Positions 18,355 through 28,331 of a DNA stretch of 64,000 bases are shown here, in pieces. Each line of letters opens with the position of its first letter. The stretch's first letter is position 1. The DNA comes from an uncultured Alphaproteobacteria bacterium (GTDB lineage Bacteria > Pseudomonadota > Alphaproteobacteria > RF32 > CAG-239): NCBI GenBank assembly GCA_910577205.1, contig CAJTMA010000008.1, forward strand, positions 2,575 to 66,574, read 5' to 3'. The position numbers were made by a program, and so were the translations under genes. The notes under the pieces were generated by a model. The model saw nothing but the letters and a program-made list of their open reading frames with translations, was not told the DNA's origin and made no database searches.

Positions 18355-18731
18355 TATACGAGTTAAAAAACTCGGAGAATGTGGCATATAATAAGAATTA
18401 AGAGAGAAAAAAGCGCAGCATACATAGAGAAGTATGTGAGCATCTTTCCTACACGCCAATTCTGTATTAGATACCATTATACGAGTTAAAAAACTCGGAG
18501 AATGCGGCATATAATAAGAATTAAGAGAGAAAAAAGCGCAGCGTACACAAGAGTATATGAACATCTTTCCACACGCCAATTCTGTATTAGATACCATTAT
18601 ACGAGTTAAAAAACTCGGAGAATGTGGCATATAATAAGAATTAAGAAAGAAAAAAGCGCAGCGTACATAAAAGTACGTGAGCATTTTTTCTACTCGCTAA
18701 TTCTGTATTAGATGACCATTATACGAGTTTT
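18355..18731. repeat. Tandem array of 3.1 copies of a 120-123 bp unit
   Basis: The unit marker tatacgagtt recurs at 18355, 18478, 18598 and 18720. Each unit holds CGAGTTaaaaaAACTCG and a GCGCAGCGTACA..GTA(C/T)(G/A)TGA(G/A)CA hairpin. The array fills the whole HAD/lepA spacer. Confidence 0.9.
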
Positions 18732-20537
18732 TTATTGGTCGCCAATACGCAACGCCTCAATAAACGCCGATTGCGGCACTTCGACCTTGCCAAACTGGCG
18801 CATACGCAATTTGCCTTTTTTCTGTTTATCCAACAATTTGCGTTTACGCGTTATATCACCACCGTAGCATTTGGCCGTCACATCTTTGCGCAGTGCCGAA
18901 ATGGTTTCGCGGGCAACAACGCGTCCGCCGATAGCGGCTTGAATGGGAATTTTAAACAGATGCCGCGGAATGAGGTCTTTAAGCCTTTCACAAATTTGGC
19001 GGCCGCGGGCTTCTGCTTCGGTTCGGTGACACAGGAAAGCCAGAGCATCTACCGGCTCTTCATTAATCAAAATCTGCACTTTAACCAAATCAGAAGGATG
19101 ATAGCCGATAAGCTCATAGTCAAAACTTGCATAACCGCTGGTGATAGATTTTAATCTGTCATAAAAATCAAACACGATTTCATTGAGCGGAATCTTATAA
19201 ACCACCATTGCCCGAGTGCCGACATAAGTCAAATCTTCTTGTTCTCCGCGGCGCTCCGTACACAATTTCAAAACCGCCCCGAGATATTCGTCGGGCACGA
19301 GAATAGTCGCTTTTACCCATGGTTCTTCAATACTGGCAATCGTAGACGGATCTGGCATATCTGCCGGATTATGCAACGTAATCTGGTTGCCGTTGCTCAG
19401 ATTGATTTTATAAGCGACTGATGGCGCAGTGGTAATCAAGTCCAAATCAAACTCACGGCCTAAACGTTCCTGAATAATTTCCATATGCAGCAACCCTAAG
19501 AAACCGCACCGGAAGCCCAACCCCAAAGCCGCAGAATTTTCATTCTGATAATCAATACTGGCATCATTAAGCTTTAGTTTTGCCAAAGCATCTTTCAGGT
19601 TATCATACTGGCTGCTGTCCACCGGAAAAATCGAGCAAAACACAACAGGAATTGACGGTTTAAAACCTTTCAACGGCTCCGCACAAGGCAGCTTGTTGTC
19701 GGTAATAGTATCGCCGATACTGCAATCGCTGACGCTTTTAATACTGGCCGTAATAAAACCGACTTCACCAGGATAAAGTGCATCAACATCCTGCATCTTA
19801 GGCGTAAATACGCCAACCTTATCAATAGAATAAACAGCATTATTCGACATCATGCGGATTTGCTGCTTTTTGCGCAGCACGCCGTCTTTCACCCGCACCA
19901 AAATAATAACCCCCAAATAAGAATCATACCAGCTGTCAATCAACAACGCCTGCAAAGGTTTGTTTTCATCTCCGCTTGGAGCAGGCAAATTCTGAACAAT
20001 AGCCTCCAGCAGTTCGGGCACACCCAAGCCGGATTTTCCGGAAGTTTCAATTGCTCCGGATGTATCCAACCCGATAACATCCTCAATTTGTTTTTTCACA
20101 CGTTCCGGCTCTGCTGACGGCAAGTCAATCTTATTCAAAACCGGCAAAATCTCATGGTTGTTGTCGATAGCCATATAGACATTGGCCAATGTCTGCGCCT
20201 CTACCCCCTGGGTAGCATCCACCACCAGAACCGATCCTTCACAAGAAGATAATGAGCGTGACACCTCATAAGAAAAGTCAACGTGCCCCGGCGTATCAAT
20301 CAGATTAAGCTGATATTCCCTGCCATCCTGCGCTCTGTAATTCAAGCGCACGGTCTGGGCTTTAATCGTAATGCCTCTTTCGCGTTCAATATCCATGGAG
20401 TCCAGAATCTGCTCCTGCATTTCACGTTTTTGCAAACCGCCGCAATATTCAATAATCCGATCCGCCAAAGTTGATTTGCCATGGTCGATATGCGCAATAA
20501 TCGCAAAGTTTCTGATACATTCTAAATTTGTAGCCAT
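18732..20537 (-). CDS. lepA: Translation elongation factor 4 (LepA)
   Basis: [21 protein letters not shown]1 motif and DTPGHVDF are present, and the protein is LepA-like along its full length. The start is set at ATG 20537 ([11 protein letters not shown]); the track start at 20555 is also possible. Confidence 0.95.
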   Translation of the reverse strand: MATNLECIRNFAIIAHIDHGKSTLADRIIEYCGGLQKREMQEQILDSMDIERERGITIKAQTVRLNYRAQDGREYQLNLIDTPGHVDFSYEVSRSLSSCEGSVLVVDATQGVEAQTLANVYMAIDNNHEILPVLNKIDLPSAEPERVKKQIEDVIGLDTSGAIETSGKSGLGVPELLEAIVQNLPAPSGDENKPLQALLIDSWYDSYLGVIILVRVKDGVLRKKQQIRMMSNNAVYSIDKVGVFTPKMQDVDALYPGEVGFITASIKSVSDCSIGDTITDNKLPCAEPLKGFKPSIPVVFCSIFPVDSSQYDNLKDALAKLKLNDASIDYQNENSAALGLGFRCGFLGLLHMEIIQERLGREFDLDLITTAPSVAYKINLSNGNQITLHNPADMPDPSTIASIEEPWVKATILVPDEYLGAVLKLCTERRGEQEDLTYVGTRAMVVYKIPLNEIVFDFYDRLKSITSGYASFDYELIGYHPSDLVKVQILINEEPVDALAFLCHRTEAEARGRQICERLKDLIPRHLFKIPIQAAIGGRVVARETISALRKDVTAKCYGGDITRKRKLLDKQKKGKLRMRQFGKVEVPQSAFIEALRIGDQ

Positions 20538-20669
20538 TTTACAGTCTTTACCCATTTAAATCTGTTAGTTACAACATAGATAAATGATAAATTGATTTTA
20601 GGCAATATAATATTGATTATATCAGAAAAATTGCTTATACTGATTGAAGAACAACAGCGGGAGGGCATC

Positions 20670-21107
20670 ATGAGAAAAATGATTGATATTGACTTCGGTT
20701 CTTCACGTTATGACGAGCTTGTCGAACTTCGCTACAAAATCCTCCTGGAACCCCTCGGCCTCAAATTTCTTGACCTCCACCGCGCCAAAGAAGCCAACTA
20801 TTTACACATCGGCTGCATAGAATGCCTTGATGACAGGCTTATCGGCGGCTTAATCCTTGCTCCGGTCAACAATGAAGAAATCCGCCTGATGCAAGTAGCG
20901 GTAGACACCAGATATCAAGGAGAAGGAATCGGCCGGGAGCTGGTAAAATATGCCGAGAAGCGGGCGCATGAAGCCGGATACAGCAAAATCGTCATGCACG
21001 CTATGCTGTCAGTAGTTCATTTTTATGAAAAGATGAACTACAAGCAAGAGGGTGACATCTTCGAAGAGAACGGCATTACTTTCGCTAAAATGGTCAAAGA
21101 TATTTAG
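20670..21107 (+). CDS. GNAT-family N-acetyltransferase
   Basis: The start is at ATG 20670 with GGGAGG upstream. The acetyl-CoA motif is QVAVDTRYQGEGIGRELV. Confidence 0.8.
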   Translation: MRKMIDIDFGSSRYDELVELRYKILLEPLGLKFLDLHRAKEANYLHIGCIECLDDRLIGGLILAPVNNEEIRLMQVAVDTRYQGEGIGRELVKYAEKRAHEAGYSKIVMHAMLSVVHFYEKMNYKQEGDIFEENGITFAKMVKDI

Positions 21108-21203
21108 CTCTCTGGTTTTGTCCATTACCGTCAAATTACCTTTACATTTGAGTATTTTATGCTATGATGCCGTATGTTCACTCCAACGCGGCAGGACAAA
21201 GCG

Positions 21204-22085
21204 ATGACAGAGCCACAAAAAACCATGAGCAAGAAGCAAATCTTTCAGCAAGTGAAACAGCTCTGTATGCAACAAAAGTTCACCGCTTCCCGCCATTTGA
21301 TTTGCCAAGCAGCCGGTGTCAATACACCTGACCCGATGAAAGTCAGCCGGGACGAACTTCGCCGCAAAACAGACCACCCTCTCATCCGCGGGATGCTGAA
21401 TATTGAAGACGCTTTTGTATCCCTCCAGCAGGCTTTTTTGAAAGATGAGCCTCAGGAACTGGAGGCAGAAATCGCAGCCCAAAAATTAGAAGGCATTCTC
21501 CCGTTAATGACCAACAATCCGGAAAAACTCCACGTCCGCTATTGGATTAGCAGCTGCCATAGCTATATGCCGGATATCACGCCAGAAACCCGTTTGGAAA
21601 ACATTAAAGAAATCATCAACCTAATTCCCAAAGGAAAAAACGATTCTTTGCTATATTCATACAGCCTGCTTACTTATGAACTAAACGCCCCGGCAGCAGA
21701 CAAATATCACATAATAAAATCAGCTTATCAAAAGACCAATAAAAACGGACACCTGCCGCAAAGCTACAAAGAGATGTTAAGCAAAACGGGCTTCAGTTAT
21801 TATCAGGTTTTATATAATACGGCAGCCGACAGAAACACACCATACACGCAGCGCTGTGATGCCGTATATGAAGCCGTAGACGTTATTAAAGATTTAGATT
21901 ACAGTATGTCCCATAAATGCCGGGCACGCATTAGCTTGCTAACCAGCCTTGAAAAACTTCAACATCAGCAAAATGATTTTAAAGGTATTCAAAAAACTTT
22001 CCAATTGCGGCAAAAATACGCCAATCACCTTGATAATATTATTCGGTTATTCCCCAACCGCAAAGACGAACAGTTATACCGCTGA
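21204..22085 (+). CDS. Hypothetical protein
   Basis: The ORF 21174-22085 is 303 aa. ATG 21204 has an AGGA 8 nt upstream, whereas 21174 has no SD. I recognise no motif. Confidence 0.45.
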   Translation: MTEPQKTMSKKQIFQQVKQLCMQQKFTASRHLICQAAGVNTPDPMKVSRDELRRKTDHPLIRGMLNIEDAFVSLQQAFLKDEPQELEAEIAAQKLEGILPLMTNNPEKLHVRYWISSCHSYMPDITPETRLENIKEIINLIPKGKNDSLLYSYSLLTYELNAPAADKYHIIKSAYQKTNKNGHLPQSYKEMLSKTGFSYYQVLYNTAADRNTPYTQRCDAVYEAVDVIKDLDYSMSHKCRARISLLTSLEKLQHQQNDFKGIQKTFQLRQKYANHLDNIIRLFPNRKDEQLYR

Positions 22086-23012
22086 TTAACTGGCGTTAAT
22101 CAAACTGTCCGTAATCATGCTGTCACTGATAACCTCGGCATCCACCATATAATTGATAATCGAAGATGCTAAAGAAATAACCATTAACCCCATTATGATA
22201 GCCGATAACCAGCGCCAATTTATCACGCCGAAAAAGCCGCCGACAGCCACAGCCATAATACCAAACCCGGCAACGGCATAAATAATTTCCCGCAACCCGC
22301 CGAAAATAAAAAGCCCCTTTTCTGTCAGCTCGCTAAACAAACTGCCGGAAGATGATGTCCCTCCTCCAACAGCAGAAGATGCCCCTGAAGAAGAAGCCGT
22401 TATCGACGAGGCAGCTTTTCCTCCTGCGTCCGAAGATGACGTGGCCGTCGGTGAAGAAGTTATCATTCCCGGCACTTCAACCGCATTTTCCTCAACCGGC
22501 TTGCCAGCAGATGCTGAAGCTTCCTGTTCCTCCTGTGCCTTTTGTGCTTCTTTGGCCTTCCGTTCTTCTTCCGCTTTGTTTAACTTGTGTTGTTCCTGCA
22601 AATATTTAAGCTGTTTAGAAATGGAACGCAGACACTCTTTATATTCGTCAAGCTGCTTGCCGTCTTCGCCTCCCCAACATTCTTCTGAATATTTTGTTTG
22701 ACTGTTTTGATACTCATATTTCTTTTTATCAATCAACGCTTGTCTTTCAGATTTGCTAAGTTTTTTATACTCGCCTTCTTTATTTTCAATTGCCGCAAGC
22801 AATTTTGAATGTTCGGTGCTTCGTTTCCGATATTCAGGCATACATTTATCATCCAGTTTTTTTTGCAAAGCAGAACTTTTAGCTCCGATTTCATTATTAA
22901 GCTTAGCTAATTCAGTAGAGTCATTCATAAATGCTGTTGCACAGCTGTAATCCGCATAAGCCGGAAAACATATGCCAATGCCGAGCAATATTCCCATCAA
23001 ATATTTACACAT
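22086..23012 (-). CDS. Secreted coiled-coil protein with a Ser/Ala/Gly-rich linker and a C-terminal two-TM hairpin
   Basis: ATG 23012 has GAGGAG 7 nt upstream. The N-terminus looks like a signal peptide (LLGIGICFPAYA). A K/E-rich coiled coil follows, and the protein ends in GLFIFGGLREIIYAVAGFGIMAVAVGGFFGVINWRWLSAIIMGLMVISLA. Confidence 0.55.
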   Translation of the reverse strand: MCKYLMGILLGIGICFPAYADYSCATAFMNDSTELAKLNNEIGAKSSALQKKLDDKCMPEYRKRSTEHSKLLAAIENKEGEYKKLSKSERQALIDKKKYEYQNSQTKYSEECWGGEDGKQLDEYKECLRSISKQLKYLQEQHKLNKAEEERKAKEAQKAQEEQEASASAGKPVEENAVEVPGMITSSPTATSSSDAGGKAASSITASSSGASSAVGGGTSSSGSLFSELTEKGLFIFGGLREIIYAVAGFGIMAVAVGGFFGVINWRWLSAIIMGLMVISLASSIINYMVDAEVISDSMITDSLINAS

Positions 23013-23200
23013 CAATCATCTCCTCGCAGATACAAACCCTTTATAGATTACCAAAACATTTTAGATTTGTAAATAGAGGATAAGGGGCGATATATTTTTT
23101 CGCTATACCATGTTAATCTTTAGATTAAATAAATATCCCGGGGTAAAGTCGGGGGGCTATATAGCCCCGATAAACCGGAGTACTGCAAGGAATAAATAAC

Positions 23201-23228
23201 AAAAAAGGCAGCGAATGCTGCCTTTTGT
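23201..23228 (-). terminator. Intrinsic terminator after ettA
   Basis: On the minus strand: GGCAGC-attc-GCTGCC followed by TTTTTT. Confidence 0.7.
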
Positions 23229-23238
23229 ATAAGATGGG

Positions 23239-24915
23239 CTAAGCCAATTTTTTATAACGCACACGATGCGGTTGAACAGCCTCATCACCAAGACGGCGGC
23301 GTTTATCCTTTTCATATTCTTCAAAGTTGCCCTCAAACCACACAACCTGGCTGTCGCCTTCATAGGCCAGAATATGTGTTGCCAAACGATCTAAGAACCA
23401 ACGGTCGTGCGAGGTGACGAAAACGCATCCGGGATATTCCATGATACCCTCTTCCAAAGAACGCAGCGTATCAACATCAAGGTCATTGGTCGGTTCGTCA
23501 AGAAGAATAACATTTGCCCCTTTACGCAGCATTTTAGCCAGGTGAACACGGTTGCGCTCACCACCGGAGAGCTGCCCCACCTTTTTCTGCTGGTCAGTGC
23601 CTTTAAAATTAAACTGCCCGACATAAGCACGCGACGGCATTTGTTTTTTGCCAAGTTCAATAATATCCAACCCATCGGAAATTTCTTCCCAAACGGTTTT
23701 GTTAGAATCAAGCTCTTCACGCGATTGATCGACATAACCCAAATCAACAGTATCGCCAATTCTGATTACACCGCTGTCCGGCTGTTCCTGTCCGGTAATC
23801 ATACGGAACAAAGTGGTTTTACCCGCACCGTTCGGCCCGATGATGCCGACAATAGCGCCCTTCGGAACTTTGAAAGACAGATTATCAATCAGCAGGCGGT
23901 CACCATAACCTTTAGAAATTCCGGTGGCTTCAACAACCAAATCGCCCAGACGGTCAGTCATCGGAATAGAAATATGAGCCTGAGAAATCTTTTCCTTGCC
24001 GGATTCGGCCAACAGCTCTTCATAAGCATTAATACGCGCCTTAGATTTTGCCTGACGCGCTTTCGGATTTTTGCGAATCCATTCCAATTCGTTAGCCAAA
24101 GTCCGCTGGCGAGAGCTTTCCTCACGCGATTCCTGCTCCAAACGTTTTTGTTTTTGTTCCAGCCATGAGCTGTAATTGCCCTCATAAGGAATACCCTGAC
24201 CACGGTCAAGCTCCAGAATCCAGCCGGTAACATTATCAAGGAAGTAACGGTCGTGGGTAACCATAACCACAGTTCCGGTATAATCTTTCAGGTGTTGTTC
24301 CAACCAAGCAACGGATTCGGCATCCAAATGGTTGGTCGGTTCATCCAAAAGCAGCATATCGGGTTTTTGCAGCAGCAAACGGCACAAAGCAACACGACGT
24401 TTTTCACCACCGGAAAGTTTGGTTACATCGGCATCTGCCGGCGGACAACGTAAAGCATCCATGGCAATTTCAATTGTGCGCTCCAAATCCCAACCGTTGC
24501 AAGCATCAATTTTTTCTTGCAATTCCGCCTGCTCATTAATCAAATCATTCATTTCATCATCGGTCATCGGTTCGGCAAATCTGGCAGAAACTTCTTCAAA
24601 TCTCTTAAGCAAATCTCTGGTTTCGCCCAAACCGTCCATGATGTTTTCCATAACGTTTTTATTCGGATCAAGCTTAGGTTCTTGCTCCAAATAACCGACC
24701 TTTACGCCGTCTGCAGCCCATGCTTCGCCATTAAACTCCTTGTCTACGCCGGCCATAATTTTCAGCAGGGTAGATTTACCCGCGCCATTGACACCGAGAA
24801 CGCCAATTTTAGCCCCCGGCAAAAAGGACAGGGTAATCCCCTTAAATAATTCTTTCCCCCCCGGAAAAACTTTAGTTAAATTCTGCATGACATAGACGTA
24901 TTGATATGCGGCCAT
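23239..24915 (-). CDS. ettA: ABC-F translational throttle EttA
   Basis: 558 aa. It resembles E. coli EttA (recalled from memory) along its whole length: [73 protein letters not shown]. Confidence 0.95.
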   Translation of the reverse strand: MAAYQYVYVMQNLTKVFPGGKELFKGITLSFLPGAKIGVLGVNGAGKSTLLKIMAGVDKEFNGEAWAADGVKVGYLEQEPKLDPNKNVMENIMDGLGETRDLLKRFEEVSARFAEPMTDDEMNDLINEQAELQEKIDACNGWDLERTIEIAMDALRCPPADADVTKLSGGEKRRVALCRLLLQKPDMLLLDEPTNHLDAESVAWLEQHLKDYTGTVVMVTHDRYFLDNVTGWILELDRGQGIPYEGNYSSWLEQKQKRLEQESREESSRQRTLANELEWIRKNPKARQAKSKARINAYEELLAESGKEKISQAHISIPMTDRLGDLVVEATGISKGYGDRLLIDNLSFKVPKGAIVGIIGPNGAGKTTLFRMITGQEQPDSGVIRIGDTVDLGYVDQSREELDSNKTVWEEISDGLDIIELGKKQMPSRAYVGQFNFKGTDQQKKVGQLSGGERNRVHLAKMLRKGANVILLDEPTNDLDVDTLRSLEEGIMEYPGCVFVTSHDRWFLDRLATHILAYEGDSQVVWFEGNFEEYEKDKRRRLGDEAVQPHRVRYKKLA

Positions 24916-24992
24916 TTTATTATCTGCTCCATTTTAATATGATTATTTATTTGCGGTGAGTATAACGGAAAAAGCACAAGTTTCAATCATTA

Positions 24993-25667
24993 TTAATATG
25001 AGCGCTTAATATGCTTTATGGATGTATCGCCTTGATATGAATTTGTATAACCGTTCGGGCGGGACTCCGGCTGCTGCATTTCCGCCCCGGCATAACCTGC
25101 CGGTTCTAGAATTGCCGGAGCAGACTGCCCGGGAATATAATCCGGATTAGAAACGGGAGCACCATCGGTTTTAAACTGCAATGCTCCGGCCGGAATTTTG
25201 CGGTTAGCACGCTTTTTATAAATCTTTTCAGCCTGAGAACGGCCATTATCACCTTTTTTATACACCAAGGTCGCATCATATGGATGCCGCGGCGTAAAAA
25301 TATTCCCGTCAGGCATTTTAATTGTGCCGTCTGCATAAAGCGTTGCCCGGAATATTAATTGGTTATCAAAGCGGCGGTTAATCTGCTCGCATTCGTAAAA
25401 ACCATCCATTTGTTTGGAAATATAGGCATCGGCTTTAGCTTCATTATATACGCGCATTCCTTCAGCCTGCTGGCGATCAGACGAAGCCTTGGTAATTAAA
25501 ATAGAACGCGCCAACATTTCAAAAGTGTCAAATTTGGAAGCGCCGCAAGCAAGCCCCTGCCCCGAAACAATACCCAAAGCCTTAACTTCTTCAATATACG
25601 GCTCAGCCGAAAATGCCAAACCGGCATTCAGCAGCAAAAGACCCGAGATTAAAGCAACTTTTTTCAT
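24993..25667 (-). CDS. Secreted hypothetical protein
   Basis: ATG 25667 has a GAGGGA SD. The signal peptide is MKKVALISGLLLLNAGLAFSA. I recognise no motif. Confidence 0.55.
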   Translation of the reverse strand: MKKVALISGLLLLNAGLAFSAEPYIEEVKALGIVSGQGLACGASKFDTFEMLARSILITKASSDRQQAEGMRVYNEAKADAYISKQMDGFYECEQINRRFDNQLIFRATLYADGTIKMPDGNIFTPRHPYDATLVYKKGDNGRSQAEKIYKKRANRKIPAGALQFKTDGAPVSNPDYIPGQSAPAILEPAGYAGAEMQQPESRPNGYTNSYQGDTSIKHIKRSY

Positions 25668-25757
25668 ATTATCCCTCAACTAGCCTCGTAATTATAAAAA
25701 CTTTTTGCCGAAAAGCAAACCCTGTCTTACTTTTTTACCAAGTTTCTAAAAATAGAG

Positions 25758-25786
25758 TTGACAAAGCGTACGTTTTAGAATATGTT
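25758..25786 (+). promoter_or_regulatory. Candidate sigma70 promoter for rpmJ
   Basis: TTGACA (25758-25763), a 17-nt spacer, then TATGTT (25781-25786). Confidence 0.45.
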
Positions 25787-25817
25787 GCGGTCAAACTTAT
25801 CGTATAAGGAAAGAAAA

Positions 25818-25943
25818 ATGAAAGTATACAGTTCTTTAAAATCAAAGAAAGTACGCGATAAAGATTGCAAGGTCGTTCGTCGTAAAGGCCGCGTATATGT
25901 CATCAATAAAAAGAACCCGAAGCTCAAAGCTCGTCAAGGTTAA
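25818..25943 (+). CDS. rpmJ: 50S ribosomal protein L36
   Basis: At 41 aa it is below the ORF-track cutoff. My own translation is [41 protein letters not shown], with AAGGAAAG upstream. Confidence 0.9.
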   Translation: MKVYSSLKSKKVRDKDCKVVRRKGRVYVINKKNPKLKARQG

Positions 25944-25973
25944 TATTGATAAATTTGATTTCATGTTTTTAAA

Positions 25974-26002
25974 AAGCCCGCAGTTTTCAAGCGGGTTTTT
26001 TG
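25974..26002 (+). terminator. Intrinsic terminator after rpmJ
   Basis: GCCCGC-agttttcaa-GCGGGT followed by TTTTTTG. Confidence 0.7.
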
Positions 26003-26035
26003 TTGTATCCTAAACCATCAGAGATTAAACCCAAG

Positions 26036-26350
26036 CCTGTACTGCGCAGTAATTTTGAACGCCTCTAAACCCAAAGTTTGGATAGCGTGTGCTCAGAATA
26101 AATTTGGAGAATGAGTTGAGAGCAAGCTGGAATAAACTTGATAAAGGCCTGTGCTGCGAAGTAATTTTTTGAACGACACAACAAACTAAAAGTTTGAATA
26201 GCGTGTGCTCAGAATAAATTTGGAGAATGAGTTGAGAGCAAGCTGGAATAAACTTGATAAAGGCCTGTGCTGCGAAGTAATTTTTTGAACGACACAACAA
26301 ACTAAAAGTTTGAATAGCGTGCGCACAGAATAAATTTGGAGAATGAGTTG
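26036..26350. repeat. Tandem array of about 2.8 copies of a 112-117 bp unit
   Basis: The unit marker cctgt(a/g)ctgcg recurs at 26036, 26148 and 26265. Copies 2 and 3 are nearly identical over ~85 bp, and each unit contains aaatttggagaatgagttgag. Confidence 0.9.
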
Positions 26351-26365
26351 AGTAGTAGGCGTTGA

Positions 26366-26416
26366 GGGCGAAAGTACCGCAGCGTAGACAGACCTACGTG
26401 AGGACACTTTCGACCC
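26366..26416. repeat. Long imperfect palindrome of the dispersed hairpin-core family
   Basis: GGGCGAAAGTaCCgCAGCGTAG-acagac-CTACGTGaGGaCACTTTCGaCCC. It lies between the tandem array and the pyk stop. Confidence 0.7.
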
Positions 26417-26449
26417 GAAAACAACGCACTAATCAACCATTATACAAAT

Positions 26450-27877
26450 TTATTCCGGGATGTAGACCGTATGCAACATATTAGTCCTCCCCTTCTTGCC
26501 AAGAGGAAAACCAGCCGTAATAATGATGTGCTGTCCGGGCTTGGCAAAACCGTTTTCTACGGCTATTTTGCGGGCGATGTCTTCCACTTTGTCAAAACTT
26601 TTGAAACTGTCTTTATTGACAAAGCTTTTAGCACCCCAAACGATTCCCATACGGCGGGCAACGGTTAAATCGGGCGTAATTGCCAAAATCGGCAGATTCG
26701 GACGTTCGCGGGCGGTTAAGAATGTTGTCAAACCAGATGCGGTGTAGGTGATAATTGCGGCCACATTTTTCAAAACACAGGAAACTTCGCTGGCTGCAAA
26801 AGTAATAGAATCAGCTTCACCGGCGTGCTTGGGCGTCAATCGTGAAGACTGCATCAAAGTATAAAACAACGGATCTGTTTCTACTTGCTGAATAATATTA
26901 TTCATCATGCGAACGGCTTCAACAGGAAAATCCCCTGCGGCGGTTTCTGCTGAAAGCATAACAGTATCTGCCCCATCATAAACTGCTGTCGCCACATCAG
27001 ATACTTCTGCACGCGTCGGAGTCGGAGCTTTAATCATCGATTCCAGCATCTGAGTTGCAATAATGACCGGGCGGCCATATTTGCGACAGGCAGACACAAT
27101 TTTCTTCTGCATAACAGGAACGGTTTGAATCGGGCACTCAACCCCCAAATCGCCGCGCGCTACCATAATTGCGTCAGAAAGCTGAATAATCTCATCCAGC
27201 TCTTCAATAGCGCTCGGCTTTTCTAATTTAGAGATAATCCATGCACGGTCACCGATAAGCTTGCGCGCTTCACGCACATCCTCAGCCTGCTGCACAAAGG
27301 ACAAGCTAATCCAATCTACGCCGAGTTTAAGCGCAAATTCGATATCCGCACGGTCTTTCTCGGTAATTGCAGAAATCGGCAGTTTGATATTCGGCAGATT
27401 AACCCCTTTATGGCTGGACAACGGCCCACCGACAACAACAGTTGTTTCCGCGCTTGACGCATCGCATTTTTCAACGTGCAACCGGATATTGCCATCATTC
27501 AGCAGCAAATCATCGCCCGGCTTAAGAGCCGCAAAAATTTCCTTATGCGGCAGATTGACACGCGTTTCATCCCCCGGTGTCGCATCCATATCAAGCGTAA
27601 ATTTCTGACCGTTTTTCAATTCAATTTTACCATCTTTGAAAATACCGACACGCAGTTTCGGCCCTTGCATATCAGCAACAATGGTTATATGTAAGTTCTT
27701 TTCTTTAGCCAGTTTGCGAACTGTATCATAGCGTTCTTTGTGTTCCTCGTGTGTTCCGTGGCTGAAATTAAAACGGAATGCGTCTGCCCCGGCATCAATC
27801 AACTGCTCAATTTTTTCTTTAGAAGCAGTAGACGGCCCAATGGTGGCCAGAATTTTAGTACGAGTCATTTGTGGCAT
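26450..27877 (-). CDS. pyk: Pyruvate kinase
   Basis: 475 aa with TKILATIGPS, MVARGDLGVE and the overall PK layout. Confidence 0.95.
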   Translation of the reverse strand: MPQMTRTKILATIGPSTASKEKIEQLIDAGADAFRFNFSHGTHEEHKERYDTVRKLAKEKNLHITIVADMQGPKLRVGIFKDGKIELKNGQKFTLDMDATPGDETRVNLPHKEIFAALKPGDDLLLNDGNIRLHVEKCDASSAETTVVVGGPLSSHKGVNLPNIKLPISAITEKDRADIEFALKLGVDWISLSFVQQAEDVREARKLIGDRAWIISKLEKPSAIEELDEIIQLSDAIMVARGDLGVECPIQTVPVMQKKIVSACRKYGRPVIIATQMLESMIKAPTPTRAEVSDVATAVYDGADTVMLSAETAAGDFPVEAVRMMNNIIQQVETDPLFYTLMQSSRLTPKHAGEADSITFAASEVSCVLKNVAAIITYTASGLTTFLTARERPNLPILAITPDLTVARRMGIVWGAKSFVNKDSFKSFDKVEDIARKIAVENGFAKPGQHIIITAGFPLGKKGRTNMLHTVYIPE

Positions 27878-28043
27878 ATTATTTTATCCTTACTGTTAAA
27901 CCTTTTTATTGCCCGTAATATAACAACAAATATATTAACAAGCTATTTATTTAAACCTTTTGTCATACAAATTTATTACTTGTCAAAAAGCGCGGCCTTT
28001 GCTAAAGTCAGCGAAAACACAAATAACACAAGGAGTGACTAAA

Positions 28044-28286
28044 ATGAGTGAAGTTGGCGGTATTGCCGTAGACAGACTGCGTTCTCTGATTGAAAGAATT
28101 GAACGCCTTGAAGAAGAAAAAGCTGCGATTGCATCTGACATCCGCGACATTTTTGCCGAAGCCAAAGGCGCCGGATTTGACGTTAAAATTATGCGTACGA
28201 TTCTCAAATTGCGCAAAATGAACGCCGCCGACCGCGACGAGCAGGAAATCCTTTTGGAAACCTACCGCAAAGCTTTGGATATGTAA
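28044..28286 (+). CDS. gapR: DUF2312 / GapR-like nucleoid-associated protein
   Basis: The start is at ATG 28044 with an AGGAG SD. The 80-aa product contains LRSLIERIERLEEEKAAIASDIRDIFAEAKGAGFDVKIMR, typical of the alphaproteobacterial UPF0335 family. Confidence 0.8.
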   Translation: MSEVGGIAVDRLRSLIERIERLEEEKAAIASDIRDIFAEAKGAGFDVKIMRTILKLRKMNAADRDEQEILLETYRKALDM

Positions 28287-28289
28287 TCC

Positions 28290-28323
28290 AAAATCCCCGT
28301 TCTGACAGGAACGGGGATTTTTC
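28290..28323. terminator. Bidirectional intrinsic terminator
   Basis: ATCCCCGTTC-tgacag-GAACGGGGAT, flanked by an A-run and TTTTTC. Confidence 0.8.
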
Positions 28324-28331
28324 TACTCATA

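Noticed and set aside
18340-18684. 114-aa minus-strand ORF with a repeated SYYMPHSPSFLTRIMVSNTELAC, and 29-36 codon plus-strand micro-ORFs in each repeat unit.
   Set aside because: The ORF exists only because the tandem units have periods near multiples of three. There is no usable SD (GGAG is 1 nt from the ATG of the micro-ORFs), and the third unit changes frame content. I consider it non-coding, although the frame preservation in units 1-2 is noted in the finding.
18355-18731. Possible CRISPR array (regular ~120-bp periodicity); the same question applies to 26036-26350.
   Set aside because: The units are contiguous tandem copies with no unique spacers between short repeats. The period is far larger than CRISPR repeat plus spacer, and no cas genes are present in the window.
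23153-23168. Perfect 16-bp palindrome GGGGCTATATAGCCCC between ettA and the coiled-coil gene.
   Set aside because: It is an isolated short palindrome with no U-tract or second copy in the window, so I cannot distinguish an operator from chance. I note it only.
23407-24168. 253-aa plus-strand ORF. Other long antisense ORFs include 10618-11220, 49432-49956, 50568-51071, 57343-57876, 57713-58399 and 60713-61180.
   Set aside because: All lie antisense within strongly supported conserved genes (ettA, radical SAM, rpoA, rpsK/rpsM, rplE/rplX/rplN, rplB). They have odd composition. They are shadow ORFs.
26025-26407. 91-aa and 73-aa minus-strand ORFs across the pyk-flank tandem repeats.
   Set aside because: The peptides are repeat-generated, with no SD or start context. 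The same sequence is explained as a tandem array.
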